Source of the DNA: Balanoglossus misakiensis
Lineage: Eukaryota; Animalia; Hemichordata
Direction of reading: 5' to 3'
Assembly: GCA_040954595.2 (NCBI GenBank)
Contig: CM082593.2
Span: forward strand, 10,239,200-10,303,199
Length of the DNA stretch: 64,000 nt
Shown: piece after piece, positions 1 through 14,983 of the stretch
Position numbering within the stretch: the stretch's first letter is position 1
Layout of the letters: each line of letters starts with the position of its first letter
Translations under genes and position numbers: made by a program
Notes under the pieces: generated by a model
What the model was told of the DNA's origin: nothing
Database searches by the model: none
The model's input: the letters and a program-made list of their open reading frames with translations, nothing else

Positions 1-3000
1 GACTTAACCCAAATATTTTGATAATTTTGGCAATGACCCTTGATCTACTTAGATATGTCTCTTGATAAAAAGCACAACAGTCATGATTGTGTTCACACGA
101 GTTTTATTGCTGCCAGGACATAACCCAAATATTTTTATAATTTTGGCAATGACCCTTGAACTACTTGGATATGTCTCTTGATAAACAGCCCAACAGTCAT
201 GATTGTGTTCACACGAGTTTTATTGCTGCCAGGACATAACAAAAATATTTTGATAATTTTGGCAATGACTCTTGATCTACTTGGATATGTCTCTTGTTAA
301 AAAGCACAACAGTCTTGATTTTGTTCACATGAGTTTTATCACTGCCAGGACATAACCCAAATATATTGATAATTTTGGCAATGACCCTTGATCTACTTGG
401 ATATGTCTCTTGTTAAAATACACAACAGTCTTGATTTTGTTCACATGAGTTTTATCGCTGCCAGGACATAACCCAAATATTTTGATAATTTTGGCAATGA
501 CCCTTGATCTACTTGGATATGTCTCTTGTTAAAAAGCACAACAGTCATGATTGTGTTCACACGAGTTTTATTGCTGCCAGGACATAACCCAAATATTTTG
601 TTAAGTTTGGTAATGACCCTTGATCTTCTTGGATATGTCTCTTGTTAAAAAGCACAACTGTCATGATTTTGTTCACATGAGTTTTATTGCTGCCAGGACA
701 TAACCCAAATATTTTGATAATTTTGGCAATGACCCTTGATCTACTTGGATATGTCTCTTGTTAAAAAGCACAACAGTCAGGATTTTGTTCACATGAGTTT
801 TATCACTGCCAGGACATAACCCAAATATATTGATAATTTTGGCAATGACCCTTGATCTACTTGGATATGTCTCTTGTTAAAATACACAACAGTCTTGATT
901 TTGTTCACATGAGTTTTATCGCTGCCAGGACATAACCCAAATATTTTGATAATTTTGGCAATGACCCTTGATCTACTTGGATATGTCTCTTGTTAAAAAG
1001 CACAACAGTCATGATTGTGTTAACACGAGTTTTATTGCTGCCAGGACATAACCCAAATATTTTGATAATTTTGGCAATGACCCTTGATCTTCTTGGATAT
1101 GTCTCTTGTTAAAAAGCACAACAGTCATGATTTTGTTCACATGAGTTTTATTGCTGCCAGGACATAACCCAAATATTTTGATAATTTTGGCAATGACCCT
1201 TGATCGACTTGGATATGTCTCTTGTTAAAAAGCACAACAGTCATGATTTTGTTTACGTGACTACTATTGCTGCCAGGACTTAACCCAAATATTTTGATAA
1301 TTTTGGCAATGACCCTTGATCTACTTAGATATGTCTCTTGATAAAAAGCACAACAGTCATGATTGTGTTCACACGAGTTTTATTGCTGCCAGGACATAAC
1401 CCAAATATTTTTATAATTTTGGCCATGACCCTTGATCTACTTGGATATGTCTCTTGATAATAAGCACAACAGTCATGATTGTGTTCACATGAGTTTTATT
1501 GCTGCCAGGACATAACCCAAATATTTTGATAATTTTGGTAATGACCCTTGATCTTCTTGGATATGTCTCTTGTTAAAAAGCACAACAGTCATGATTGTGT
1601 TCACACGAGTTTTATTGCTGCCAGGACATAACCCAAATATTTTGATAATTTTGGCAATGACCCTTGATCTACTTGGATATGTCTCTTGATAAAAAGCACA
1701 ACAGTCATGATTGTGTTCACATGAGTTTTATTGCTGCCAGGACATAACCCAAATATTTTGATAATTTTGGTAATGACCCTTGATCTTCTTGGATATGTCT
1801 CTTGTTAAAAAGCACAACAGTCATGATTGTGTTCACACGAGTTTTATTGCTGCCAGGACATAACCCAAATATTTCGATAATTTTGGCAATGACCCTTGAT
1901 CTACTTGGATATGTCTCTTGTTAAAAAGCACAACAGTCAGGATTTTGTTCACATGAGTTTTATCACTGCCAGGACATAACCCAAATATATTGATAATTTT
2001 GGCAATGACCCTTGATCTGCTTGGATATGTCTCTTGTTAAAAAGCACAACAGTCAGGATTTTGTTCACATGAGTACTATTGCTGGCAGGACATAACCAAA
2101 CTATTTTGATAATTTTGGCAATAACTCTTCATCTACTTGGATATGTCTCTTGTTAAAATGCACAACATACATGATTTTGTTCACATGAATTCTATTGCTG
2201 TCAGGACATAACCCGAATATTTTGATAATTATGGCAATGACCCTTGAACTACTTGGATATGTCTCTTGATAAACAGCCCAACAGTCATGATTGTGTTCAC
2301 ACGAGTTTTATTGCTGCCAGGACATAACCCAAATATTTTTATAATTTTGGCCATGACCCTTGATCTACTTGGATATGTCTCTTGTTAAAAAGCACAACAG
2401 TCATGATTTTGTTTACGTGACTACTATTGCTGCCAGGACTTAACCCAAATATTTTGATAATTTTGGCAATGACCCTTGATCTACTTAGATATGTCTCTTG
2501 ATAAAAAGCACAACAGTCATGATTGTGTTCACACGAGTTTTATTGCTGCCAGGACATAACCCAAATATTTTTATAATTTTGGCAATGACCCTTGAACTAC
2601 TTGGATATGTCTCTTGATAAACAGCCCAACAGTCATGATTGTGTTCACACGAGTTTTATTGCTGCCAGGACATAACAAAAATATTTTGATAATTTTGGCA
2701 ATGACTCTTGATCTACTTGGATATGTCTCTTGTTAAAAAGCACAACAGTCTTGATTTTGTTCACATGAGTTTTATCACTGCCAGGACATAACCCAAATAT
2801 ATTGATAATTTTGGCAATGACCCTTGATCTACTTGGATATGTCTCTTGTTAAAATACACAACAGTCTTGATTTTGTTCACATGAGTTTTATCGCTGCCAG
2901 GACATAACCCAAATATTTTGATAATTTTGGCAATGACCCTTGATCTACTTGGATATGTCTCTTGTTAAAAAGCACAACAGTCATGATTGTGTTCACACGA

Positions 3001-6000
3001 GTTTTATTGCTGCCAGGACATAACCCAAATATTTTGTTAAGTTTGGCAATGACCCTTGATCTTCTTGGATATGTCTCTTGTTAAAAAGCACAACTGTCAT
3101 GATTTTGTTCACATGAGTTTTATTGCTGCCAGGACATAACCCAAATATTTTGATAATTTTGGCAATGACCCTTGATCTACTTGGATATGTCTCTTGTTAA
3201 AAAGCACAACAGTCAGGATTTTGTTCACATGAGTTTTATCACTGCCAGGACATAACCCAAATATATTGATAATTTTGGCAATGACCCTTGATCTACTTGG
3301 ATATGTCTCTTGTTAAAATACACAACAGTCTTGATTTTGTTCACATGAGTTTTATCGCTGCCAGGACATAACCCAAATATTTTGATAATTTTGGCAATGA
3401 CCCTTGATCTACTTGGATATGTCTCTTGTTAAAAAGCACAACAGTCATGATTGTGTTAACACGAGTTTTATTGCTGCCAGGACATAACCCAAATATTTTG
3501 ATAATTTTGGCAATGACCCTTGATCTTCTTGGATATGTCTCTTGTTAAAAAGCACAACAGTCATGATTTTGTTCACATGAGTTTTATTGCTGCCAGGACA
3601 TAACCCAAATATTTTGATAATTTTGGCAATGACCCTTGATCGACTTGGATATGTCTCTTGTTAAAAAGCACAACAGTCATGATTTTGTTTACGTGACTAC
3701 TATTGCTGCCAGGACTTAACCCAAATATTTTGATAATTTTGGCAATGACCCTTGATCTACTTAGATATGTCTCTTGATAAAAAGCACAACAGTCATGATT
3801 GTGTTCACACGAGTTTTATTGCTGCCAGGACATAACCCAAATATTTTTATAATTTTGGCCATGACCCTTGATCTACTTGGATATGTCTCTTGATAATAAG
3901 CACAACAGTCATGATTGTGTTCACATGAGTTTTATTGCTGCCAGGACATAACCCAAATATTTTGATAATTTTGGTAATGACCCTTGATCTTCTTGGATAT
4001 GTCTCTTGTTAAAAAGCACAACAGTCATGATTGTGTTCACACGAGTTTTATTGCTGCCAGGACATAACCCAAATATTTTGATAATTTTGGCAATGACCCT
4101 TGATCTACTTGGATATGTCTCTTGTTAAAAAGCACAACAGTCAGGATTTTGTTCACATGAGTTTTATCACTGCCAGGACATAACCCAAATATATTGATAA
4201 TTTTGGCAATGACCCTTGATCTACTTGGATATGTCTCTTGTTAAAAAGCACAACAGTCAGGATTTTGTTCACATGAGTACTATTGCTGGCAGGACATAAC
4301 CAAACTATTTTGATAATTTTGGCAATAACTCTTCATCTACTTGGATATGTCTCTTGTTAAAATGCACAACATACATGATTTTGTTCACATGAATTCTATT
4401 GCTGTCAGGACATAACCCGAATATTTTGATAATTATGGCAATGACCCTTGAACTACTTGGATATGTCTCTTGATAAACAGCCCAACAGTCATGATTGTGT
4501 TCACACGAGTTTTATTGCTGCCAGGACATAACCCAAATATTTTTATAATTTTGGCCATGACCCTTGATCTACTTGGATATGTCTCTTGTTAAAAAGCACA
4601 ACAGTCATGATTTTGTTTACGTGACTACTATTGCTGCCAGGACTTAACCCAAATATTTTGATAATTTTGGCAATGACCCTTGATCTACTTGGATATGTCT
4701 CTTGATAAAAAGCACAACAGTCATGATTGTGTTCACATGAGTTTTATTGCTGCCAGGACATAACCCAAATATTTTGATAATTTTGGTAATGACCCTTGAT
4801 CTTCTTGGATATGTCTCTTGTTAAAAAGCACATCAGTCATGATTTTGTTAACATGAATTTTATTGCTGCCAGGACATAACCCAAATATTTTGATAATTTT
4901 GGCAATGACTCTTGATCTACTTGGATATGTCTCTTGTTAAAAAGCACAACAGTCATTATTTTGTTCACATGAGTTTTATTGCTGACATGACATAACCCAA
5001 ATATTTTGATAATTTTGGCAATGACCCTTGAACTACTTGGATATGTCTCTTGTTAAAAAGCACAACAGACATTATTTTGTTTACGTGACTACTATTGCTG
5101 CCAGGACATAACCCAAATATTTTGATAATTTGGGCAATGACCCTTGATCTACTTGGATATGTCTCTTGTTAAAAAGCACAACAGTCATGATTGTGTTCAC
5201 ACAAGTTTTATTGCTGCCAGGACATAACCCAAATATTTTTTATAATTTTGGCCATGACCCTTGATCTACTTGGATATGTCTCTTGTTAAAAAGCACAACA
5301 GTCATGATTTTGTTTACATGACTACTATTGCTGCCAGGACTTAACCCAAATATTTTGATAATCTTGGCAATGACCCTTGATCTACTTGGATATGTCTCTT
5401 GATAAAAAGCACAACAGTCATGATTGTGTTCACACGAGTTTTATTGATGCCAGGACATAACCCAAATATTTTGATAATTTTGGCCATGACCCTTGATCTA
5501 CTTGGATATGTCTCTTGTTAAAAAGCACAACAGTCATGATTTTGTTTACGTGACTACTATTGCTGCCAGGACTTAACCCAAATATTTTGATAATTTTGGC
5601 AATGACCCTTGATCTACTTGGATATGTCTCTTGATAAAAAGCACAACAGTCATGATTGTGCTCACATGAGTTTTATTCCTGCTAGGACATAACCCAAATA
5701 TTTTGATAATTTGGGCAATGACCCTTGATCTACTTGGATATGTCTCTTGTTAAAAAGCACAACAGTCATTATTTTGTTCACATGAGTTTTATTGCTGCCA
5801 GGACATAACCCAAATATTTTGATAATTATGGCAATGACCCTTGATCTTCTTGGATATGTCTCTTGTTAAAGAGCACAACAGTCATGATTGTGTTCACACG
5901 AGTTTTATTGCTGTCAGGACATAACCCAAATATTTTGATAATTTTGGCAATGACCATTGATCTACTTGGATATGTCTCTTGTTAAAAAGCACATCAGTCA

Positions 6001-9000
6001 TGATTTTGTTAACATGAGTTTTATTGCTGCCAGGACATACACCAAATATTTTGATAATTTTGGCAATGACTCTTGATCTACTTGGATATGTCTCTTGTTA
6101 AAAAGCACAACAGTCATTATTTTGTTCACATGAGTTTTATTGCTGCCAGGACATAACCTAAATATTTTGATAATTATGGCAATGACCCTTGAACTACTTG
6201 GATATGTCTCTTGATAAAAAGCCCAACAGTCATTATTTTGTTCACACGAGTTTTATTGCTGCCATGACATAACCCAAATATTTTGATAATTTTGGCAATG
6301 ACCCTTGAACTACTTGGATATGTCTCTTGTTAAAAAGCACAGCAGTCATTATTTTGTTCACATGAGTTTTATTGCTGCCAGGACATAACACAAATATTTT
6401 GATAATTTTGGCAATGACCCTTGATCTACTTGGATATGTCTCTTGTTAAAAAGCACAACAAGTCATTATTGTGTTCACATGAGTTTTATTGCTGCCAGGA
6501 CATAACCAAAATATTTTGATAATTTTGGCAATGACCCTTGATCTACTTGGATATGTCTCTTGTTAAAAAGCACAACAGTCATGATTTTGTTTACGTGACT
6601 ACTATTGCTGCCAGGACATAACCCAAATATTTTGATAATTTTGGCAATGACCCTTGATCTACTTGGATATGTCTCTTGTTAAAAAGCACAACAGTCATGA
6701 TTGTGTTCACACGAGTTTTATTGCTGCCAGGACATAACCCAAATATTTTGATAATTTTGGCAATGACCCTTGATCTACTTGGATATGTCTCTTGATAAAA
6801 AGCACAACAGTCATGATTGTGTTCACATGAGTTTTATTGCTGCCAGGACATAACCCAAATATTTTGATAATTTTGGTAATGACCCTTGATCTTCTTGGAT
6901 ATGTCTCTTGTTAAAAAGCACAACAGTCATGATTGTGTTCACACGAGTTTGATTGCTGCCAGGACATAACCCAAATATTTTGATAATTTTGGCAATGACC
7001 CTTGATCTACTTGGATATGTCTCTTGTTAAAAAGCACATCAGTCATGATTTTGTTAACATGAATTTTATTGCTGCCAGGACATATACCAAATATTTTGAT
7101 AATTTTGGCAATGACTCTTGATCTACATGAGTTTTATTGCTGACATGCCATAACCCAAATATTTTGATAATTTTGGCAATGACCCTTGATCTACTTGGAT
7201 ATGTCGCTTGTTAAAAAGCACAACAGTCATGATTGTGTTCACACAAGTTTTATTGCTGCCAGGACATAACCCAAATATTTTTTATAATTTTGGCCATGAC
7301 CCTTGATCTACTTGGATATGTCTCTTGTTAAAAAGCACAACAGTCATGATTTTGTTTACGTGACTACTATTGCTGCCAGGACTTAACCCAAATATTTTGA
7401 TAATCTTGGCAATGACCCTTGATCTACTTGGATATGTCTCTTGATAAAAAGCACAACAGTCATGATTGTGTTCACACGAGTTTTATTGCTGCCAGGACAT
7501 AACCCAAATATTTTGATAATTTTGGCAATGACTCTTGATCTACTTGGATATGCCTCTTGTTAAAAAGCACAACAGTCATTATTTTGTTCACATGAGTTTT
7601 ATTGCTGCCAGGACATAACCCAAATATTTTGATAATTATGGCAATGACCCGTGATCTTCTTTGATATGTCTCTTGTTAAAGAGCACAACAGTCATGATTG
7701 TGTTCACACGAGTTTTATTGCTGTCAGGACATAACCCAAATATTTTGATAATTTTGGCAATGACCCTTGATCTACTTGGATATGTCTCTTGTTAAAAAGC
7801 ACATCAGTCTTGATTTTGTTAACATGAGTTTTATTGCTGCCAGGACATACACCAAATATTTTGATAATTTTGGCAATGACTCTTGATCTACTTGGATATG
7901 TCTCTTGTTAAAAAGCACAGCAGTCATTATTTTGTTCACATGAGTTTTATTGCTGCCAGGACATAACACAAATATTTTGATAATTTTGGCAATGACCCTT
8001 GATCTACTTGGATATGTCTCTTGTTAAAAAGCACAACAAGTCATTATTGTGTTCACATGAGTTTTATTGCTGCCAGGACATAACCAAAATATTTTGATAA
8101 TTTTGGCAATGACCCTTGATCTACTTGGATATGTCTCTTGTTAAAAAGCACAACAGTCATGATTTTGTTTACGTGACTACTATTGCTGCCAGGACATAAC
8201 CCAAATATTTTGATAATTTTGGCAATGACCCTTGATCTACTTGGATATGTCTCTTGTTAAAAAGCACAACAGTCATGATTGTGTTCACACGAGTTTTATT
8301 GCTGCCAGGACATAACCCAAATATTTTGATAATTTTGGCAATGACCCTTGATCTACTTGGATATGTCTCTTGATAAAAAGCACAACAGTCATGATTGTGT
8401 TCACATGAGTTTTATTGCTGCCAGGACATAACCCAAATATTTTGATAATTTTGGTAATGACCCTTGATCTTCTTGGATATGTCTCTTGTTAAAAAGCACA
8501 ACAGTCATGATTGTGTTCACACGAGTTTGATTGCTGCCAGGACATAACCCAAATATTTTGATAATTTTGGCAATGACCCTTGATCTACTTGGATATGTCT
8601 CTTGTTAAAAAGCACATCAGTCATGATTTTGTTAACATGAATTTTATTGCTGCCAGGACATATACCAAATATTTTGATAATTTTGGCAATGACTCTTGAT
8701 CTACATGAGTTTTATTGCTGACATGCCATAACCCAAATATTTTGATAATTTTGGCAATGACCCTTGATCTACTTGGATATGTCGCTTGTTAAAAAGCACA
8801 ACAGTCATGATTGTGTTCACACAAGTTTTATTGCTGCCAGGACATAACCCAAATATTTTTTATAATTTTGGCCATGACCCTTGATCTACTTGGATATGTC
8901 TCTTGTTAAAAAGCACAACAGTCATGATTTTGTTTACGTGACTACTATTGCTGCCAGGACTTAACCCAAATATTTTGATAATCTTGGCAATGACCCTTGA

Positions 9001-12000
9001 TCTACTTGGATATGTCTCTTGATAAAAAGCACAACAGTCATGATTGTGTTCACACGAGTTTTATTGCTGCCAGGACATAACCCAAATATTTTGATAATTT
9101 TGGCCATGACCCTTGATCTACTTGGATATGTCTCTTGTTAAAAAGCACAACAGTCATGATTTTGTTTACGTGACTACTATTGCTGCCAGGACTTAACCCA
9201 AATATTTTGATAATTTTGGCAATGACCCTTGATCTACTTGGATATGTCTCTTGATAAAAAGCACAACAGTCATGATTGTGCTCACATGCGTTTTATTGCT
9301 GCCAGGACATATACCAAATATTTTGATAATTTTGGCAATGACTCTTGATCTACTTGGATATGTCTCTTGTTAAAAAGCACAACAGTCATTATTTTGTTCA
9401 CATGAGTTTTATTGCTGCCAGGACATAACCCAAATATTTTGATAATTATGGCAATGACCCGTGATCTTCTTTGATATGTCTCTTGTTAAAGAGCACAACA
9501 GTCATGATTGTGTTCACACGAGTTTTATTGCTGTCAGGACATAACCCAAATATTTTGATAATTTTGGCAATGACCCTTGATCTACTTGGATATGTCTCTT
9601 GTTAAAAAGCACATCAGTCTTGATTTTGTTAACATGAGTTTTATTGCTGCCAGGACATACACCAAATATTTTGATAATTTTGGCAATGACTCTTGATCTA
9701 CTTGGATATGTCTCTTGTTAAAAAGCACAACAGTCATTATTTTGTTCACATGAGTTTTATTGCTGCCAGGACATAACCTAAATATTTTGATAATTATGGC
9801 AATGACCCTTGAACTACTTGGATATGTCTCTTGATAAAAAGCCCAACAGTCATTATTTTGTTCACATGAGTTTTATTGCTGCCATGACATAACCCTAATA
9901 TTTTGATAATTTTGGCAATGACCCTTGAACTACTTGGATATGTCTCTTGTTAAAAAGCACAACAGTCATTATTTTGTTCACATGAGTTTTATTGCTGCCA
10001 GGACATAACCAAAATATTTTGATAATTTTGGCAATGACCCTTGATCTACTTGGATATGTCTCTTGTTAAAAAGCACAACAGTCATGATTTTGTTTACGTG
10101 ACTACTATTGCTGCCAGGACATAACCCAAATATTTTGATAATTTTGGCAATGACCCTTGATCTACTTGGATATGTCTCTTGTTAAAAAGCACAACAGTCA
10201 TGATTGTGTTCACACGAGTTTTATTGCTGCCAGGACATAACCCAAATATTTTGATAATTTTGGCAATGACCCTTGATCTACTTGGATATGTCTCTTGATA
10301 AAAAGCACAACAGTCATGATTGTGTTCACATGAGTTTTATTGCTGCCAGGACATAACCCAAATATTTTGATAATTTTGGTAATGACCCTTGATCTTCTTG
10401 GATATGTCTCTTGTTAAAAAGCACAACAGTCATGATTGTGTTCACACGAGTTTTATTGCTGCCAGGACATAACCCAAATATTTTGATAATTTTGGCAATG
10501 ACCCTTGATCTACTTGGATATGTCTCTTGTTAAAAAGCACATCAGTCATGATTTTGTTAACATGAATTTTATTGCTGCCAGGACATATACCAAATATTTT
10601 GATAATTTTGGCAATGACTCTTGATCTACATGAGTTTTATTGCTGACATGACATAACCCAAATATTTTGATAATTTTGGAAATGACCCTTGATCTACTTG
10701 GATATGTCTCTTGTTAGAAAGCACAACAGTCATGATTGTGTTCACACAAGTTTTATTGCTGCCAGGACATAACCCAAATATTTTTTATAATTTTGGCCAT
10801 GACCCTTGATCTACTTGGATATGTCTCTTGTTAAAAAGCACAACAGTCATGATTTTGTTTACGTGACTACTATTGCTGCCAGGACTTAACCCAAATATTT
10901 TGATAATCTTGGCAATGACCCTTGATCTACTTGGATATGTCTCTTGATAAAAAGCACAACAGTCATGATTGTGTTCACATGAGTTTTATTGCTGCCAGGA
11001 CATAACCCAAATATTTTGATAATTTTGGTAATGACCCTTGATCTTCTTGGATATGTCTCTTGTTAAAAAGCACAACAGTCATGATTGTGTTCACACGACT
11101 TTTATTGCTGCCAGGACATAACCCAAATATTTTGATAATTTTGGCAATGACCCTTGATCTACTTGGATATGTCTCTTGTTAAAAAGCACATCAGTCATGA
11201 TTTTGTTAACATGAATTTTATTGCTGCCAGGACATATACCAAATATTTTGATAATTTTGGCAATGTCTCTTGATCTACATGGGTTTTATTGCTGACATGA
11301 CATAACCCAAATATTTTGATAATTTTGGCCATGACCCTTGATCTACTTGGATATGTCTCTTGTTAAAAAGCACAACAGTCATGATTTTGTTTACGTGACT
11401 ACTATTGCTGCCAGGACTTAACCCAAATATTTTGATAATTTTGGCAATGACCCTTGATCTACTTGGATATGTCTCTTGATAAAAAGCACAACAGTCATGA
11501 TTGTGCTCACATGCGTTTTATTGCTGCCAGGACATATACCAAATATTTTGATAATTTTGGCAATGACTCTTGATCTACTTGGATATGTCTCTTGTTAAAA
11601 AGCACAACAGTCATTATTTTGTTCACATGAGTTTTATTGCTGCCAGGACATAACCCAAATATTTTGATAATTATGGCAATGACCCGTGATCTTCTTTGAT
11701 ATGTCTCTTGTTAAAGAGCACAACAGTCATGATTGTGTTCACACGAGTTTTATTGCTGTCAGGACATAACCCAAATATTTTGATAATTTTGGCAATGACC
11801 CTTGATCTACTTGGATATGTCTCTTGTTAAAAAGCACATCAGTCTTGATTTTGTTAACATGAGTTTTATTGCTGCCAGGACATACACCAAATATTTTGAT
11901 AATTTTGGCAATGACTCTTGATCTACTTGGATATGTCTCTTGTTAAAAAGCACAACAGTCATTATTTTGTTCACATGAGTTTTATTGCTGCCAGGACATA

Positions 12001-14983
12001 ACCTAAATATTTTGATAATTATGGCAATGACCCTTGAACTACTTGGATATGTCTCTTGATAAAAAGCCCAACAGTCATTATTTTGTTCACATGAGTTTTA
12101 TTGCTGCCATGACATAACCCTAATATTTTGATAATTTTGGCAATGACCCTTGAACTACTTGGATATGTCTCTTGTTAAAAAGCACAACAGTCCTTATTTT
12201 GTTCACATGAGTTTTATTGCTGCCAGGACATAACCAAAATATTTTGATAATTTTGGCAATGACCCTTGATCTACTTGGATATGTCTCTTGTTAAAAAGCA
12301 CAACAGTCATGATTTTGTTTACGTGACTACTATTGCTGCCAGGACATAACCCAAATATTTTGATAATTTTGGCAATGACCCTTGATCTACTTGGATATGT
12401 CTCTTGTTAAAAAGCACAACAGTCATGATTGTGTTCACACGAGTTTTATTGCTGCCAGGACATAACCCAAATATTTTGATAATTTTGGCAATGACCCTTG
12501 ATCTACTTGGATATGTCTCTTGATAAAAAGCACAACAGTCATTATTTTGTTCACATGAGTTTTATTGCTGCCAGGACATAACCTAAATATTTTGATAATT
12601 ATGGCAATGACCCTTGAACTACTTGGATATGTCTCTTGATAAAAAGCCCAACAGTCATTATTTTGTTCACATGAGTTTTATTGCTGCCATGACATAACCC
12701 TAATATTTTGATAATTTTGGCAATGACCCTTGAACTACTTGGATATGTCTCTTGTTAAAAAGCACAACAGTCCTTATTTTGTTCACATGAGTTTTATTGC
12801 TGCCAGGACATAACCAAAATATTTTGATAATTTTGGCAATGACCCTTGATCTACTTGGATATGTCTCTTGTTAAAAAGCACAACAGTCATGATTTTGTTT
12901 ACGTGACTACTATTGCTGCCAGGACATAACCCAAATATTTTGATAATTTTGGCAATGACCCTTGATCTACTTGGATATGTCTCTTGTTAAAAAGCACAAC
13001 AGTCATGATTGTGTTCACACGAGTTTTATTGCTGCCAGGACATAACCCAAATATTTTGATAATTTTGGCAATGACCCTTGATCTACTTGGATATGTCTCT
13101 TGATAAAAAGCACAACAGTCATGATTGTGTTCACATGAGTTTTATTGCTGCCAGGACATAACCCAAATATTTTGATAATTTTGGTAATGACCCTTGATCT
13201 TCTTGGATATGTCTCTTGTTAAAAAGCACAACAGTCATGATTGTGTTCACACGAGTTTTATTGCTGCCAGGACATAACCCAAATATTTTGATAATTTTGG
13301 CAATGACCCTTGATCTACTTGGATATGTCTCTTGTTAAAAAGCACATCAGTCATGATTTTGTTAACATGAATTTTATTGCTGCCAGGACATATACCAAAT
13401 ATTTTGATAATTTTGGCAATGACTCTTGATCTACATGAGTTTTATTGCTGACATGACATAACCCAAATATTTTGATAATTTTGGAAATGACCCTTGATCT
13501 ACTTGGATATGTCTCTTGTTAAAAAGCACAACAGTCATGATTGTGTTCACACAAGTTTTATTGCTGCCAGGACATAACCCAAATATTTTTTATAATTTTG
13601 GCCATGACCCTTGATCTACTTGGATATGTCTCTTGTTAAAAAGCACAACAGTCATGATTTTGTTTACGTGACTACTATTGCTGCCAGGACTTAACCCAAA
13701 TATTTTGATAATCTTGGCAATGACCCTTGATCTACTTGGATATGTCTCTTGATAAAAAGCACAACAGTCATGATTGTGTTCACATGAGTTTTATTGCTGC
13801 CAGGACATAACCCAAATATTTTGATAATTTTGGTAATGACCCTTGATCTTCTTGGATATGTCTCTTGTTAAAAAGCACAACAGTCATGATTGTGTTCACA
13901 CGACTTTTATTGCTGCCAGGACATAACCCAAATATTTTGATAATTTTGGCAATGACCCTTGATCTACTTGGATATGTCTCTTGTTAAAAAGCACATCAGT
14001 CATGATTTTGTTAACATGAATTTTATTGCTGCCAGGACATATACCAAATATTTTGATAATTTTGGCAATGTCTCTTGATCTACATGAGTTTTATTGCTGA
14101 CATGACATAACCCAAATATTTTGATAATTTTGGAAATGACGCTTGATCTACTTGGATATGTCTCTTGTTAAAAAGCACAACAGTCATGATTGTGTTCACA
14201 CAAGTTTTATTGCTGCCAGGACATAACCCAAATATTTTTTATAATTTTGGCCATGACCCTTGATCTACTTGGATATGTCTCTTGTTAAAAAGCACAACAG
14301 TCATGATTTTGTTTACGTGACTACTATTGCTGCCAGGACTTAACCCAAATATTTTGATAATCTTGGCAATGACCCTTGATCTACTTGGATATGTCTCTTG
14401 ATAAAAAGCACAACAGTCATGAGTGTGTTCACACGAGTTTTATTGCTGCCAGGACATAACCCAAATATTTAGATAATTTTGGCCATGACCCTTGATCTAC
14501 TTGGATATGTCTCTTGTTAAAAAGCACAACAGTCATGATTTTGTTTACGTGACTACTATTGCTGCCAGGACTTAACCCAAATATTTTGATAATTTTGGCA
14601 ATGACTCTTGATCTACTTGGATATGTCTCTTGATAAAAAGCACAACAGTCATGATTGTGCTCACATGAGTTTTATTGCTGCCAGGACATATACCAAATAT
14701 TTTGATAATTTTGGCAATGACTCTTGATCTACTTGGATATGTCTCTTGTTAAAAAGCACAACAGTCATTATTTTGTTCACATGAGTTTTATTGCTGCCAG
14801 GACATAACCCAAATATTTTGATAATTTTGGCAATGACCCTTGATCTTCTTTGATATGTCTCTTGTTAAAGAGCACAACAGTCATGATTGTGTTCACACGA
14901 ATTTTATTGCTGTCAGGACATAACCCAAATATTTTGATAATTTTGGCAATGACCCTTGATCTACTTGAATATGTCTCTTGTTA
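1..14983. repeat. Satellite A, 116-bp tandem monomer (runs off the left edge of the window)
   Basis: GAC(A/T)TAACC recurs at 1, 117, 233 and onward (period 116). Monomers are near-identical, with diagnostic variants recurring in blocks. Confidence 0.98.
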
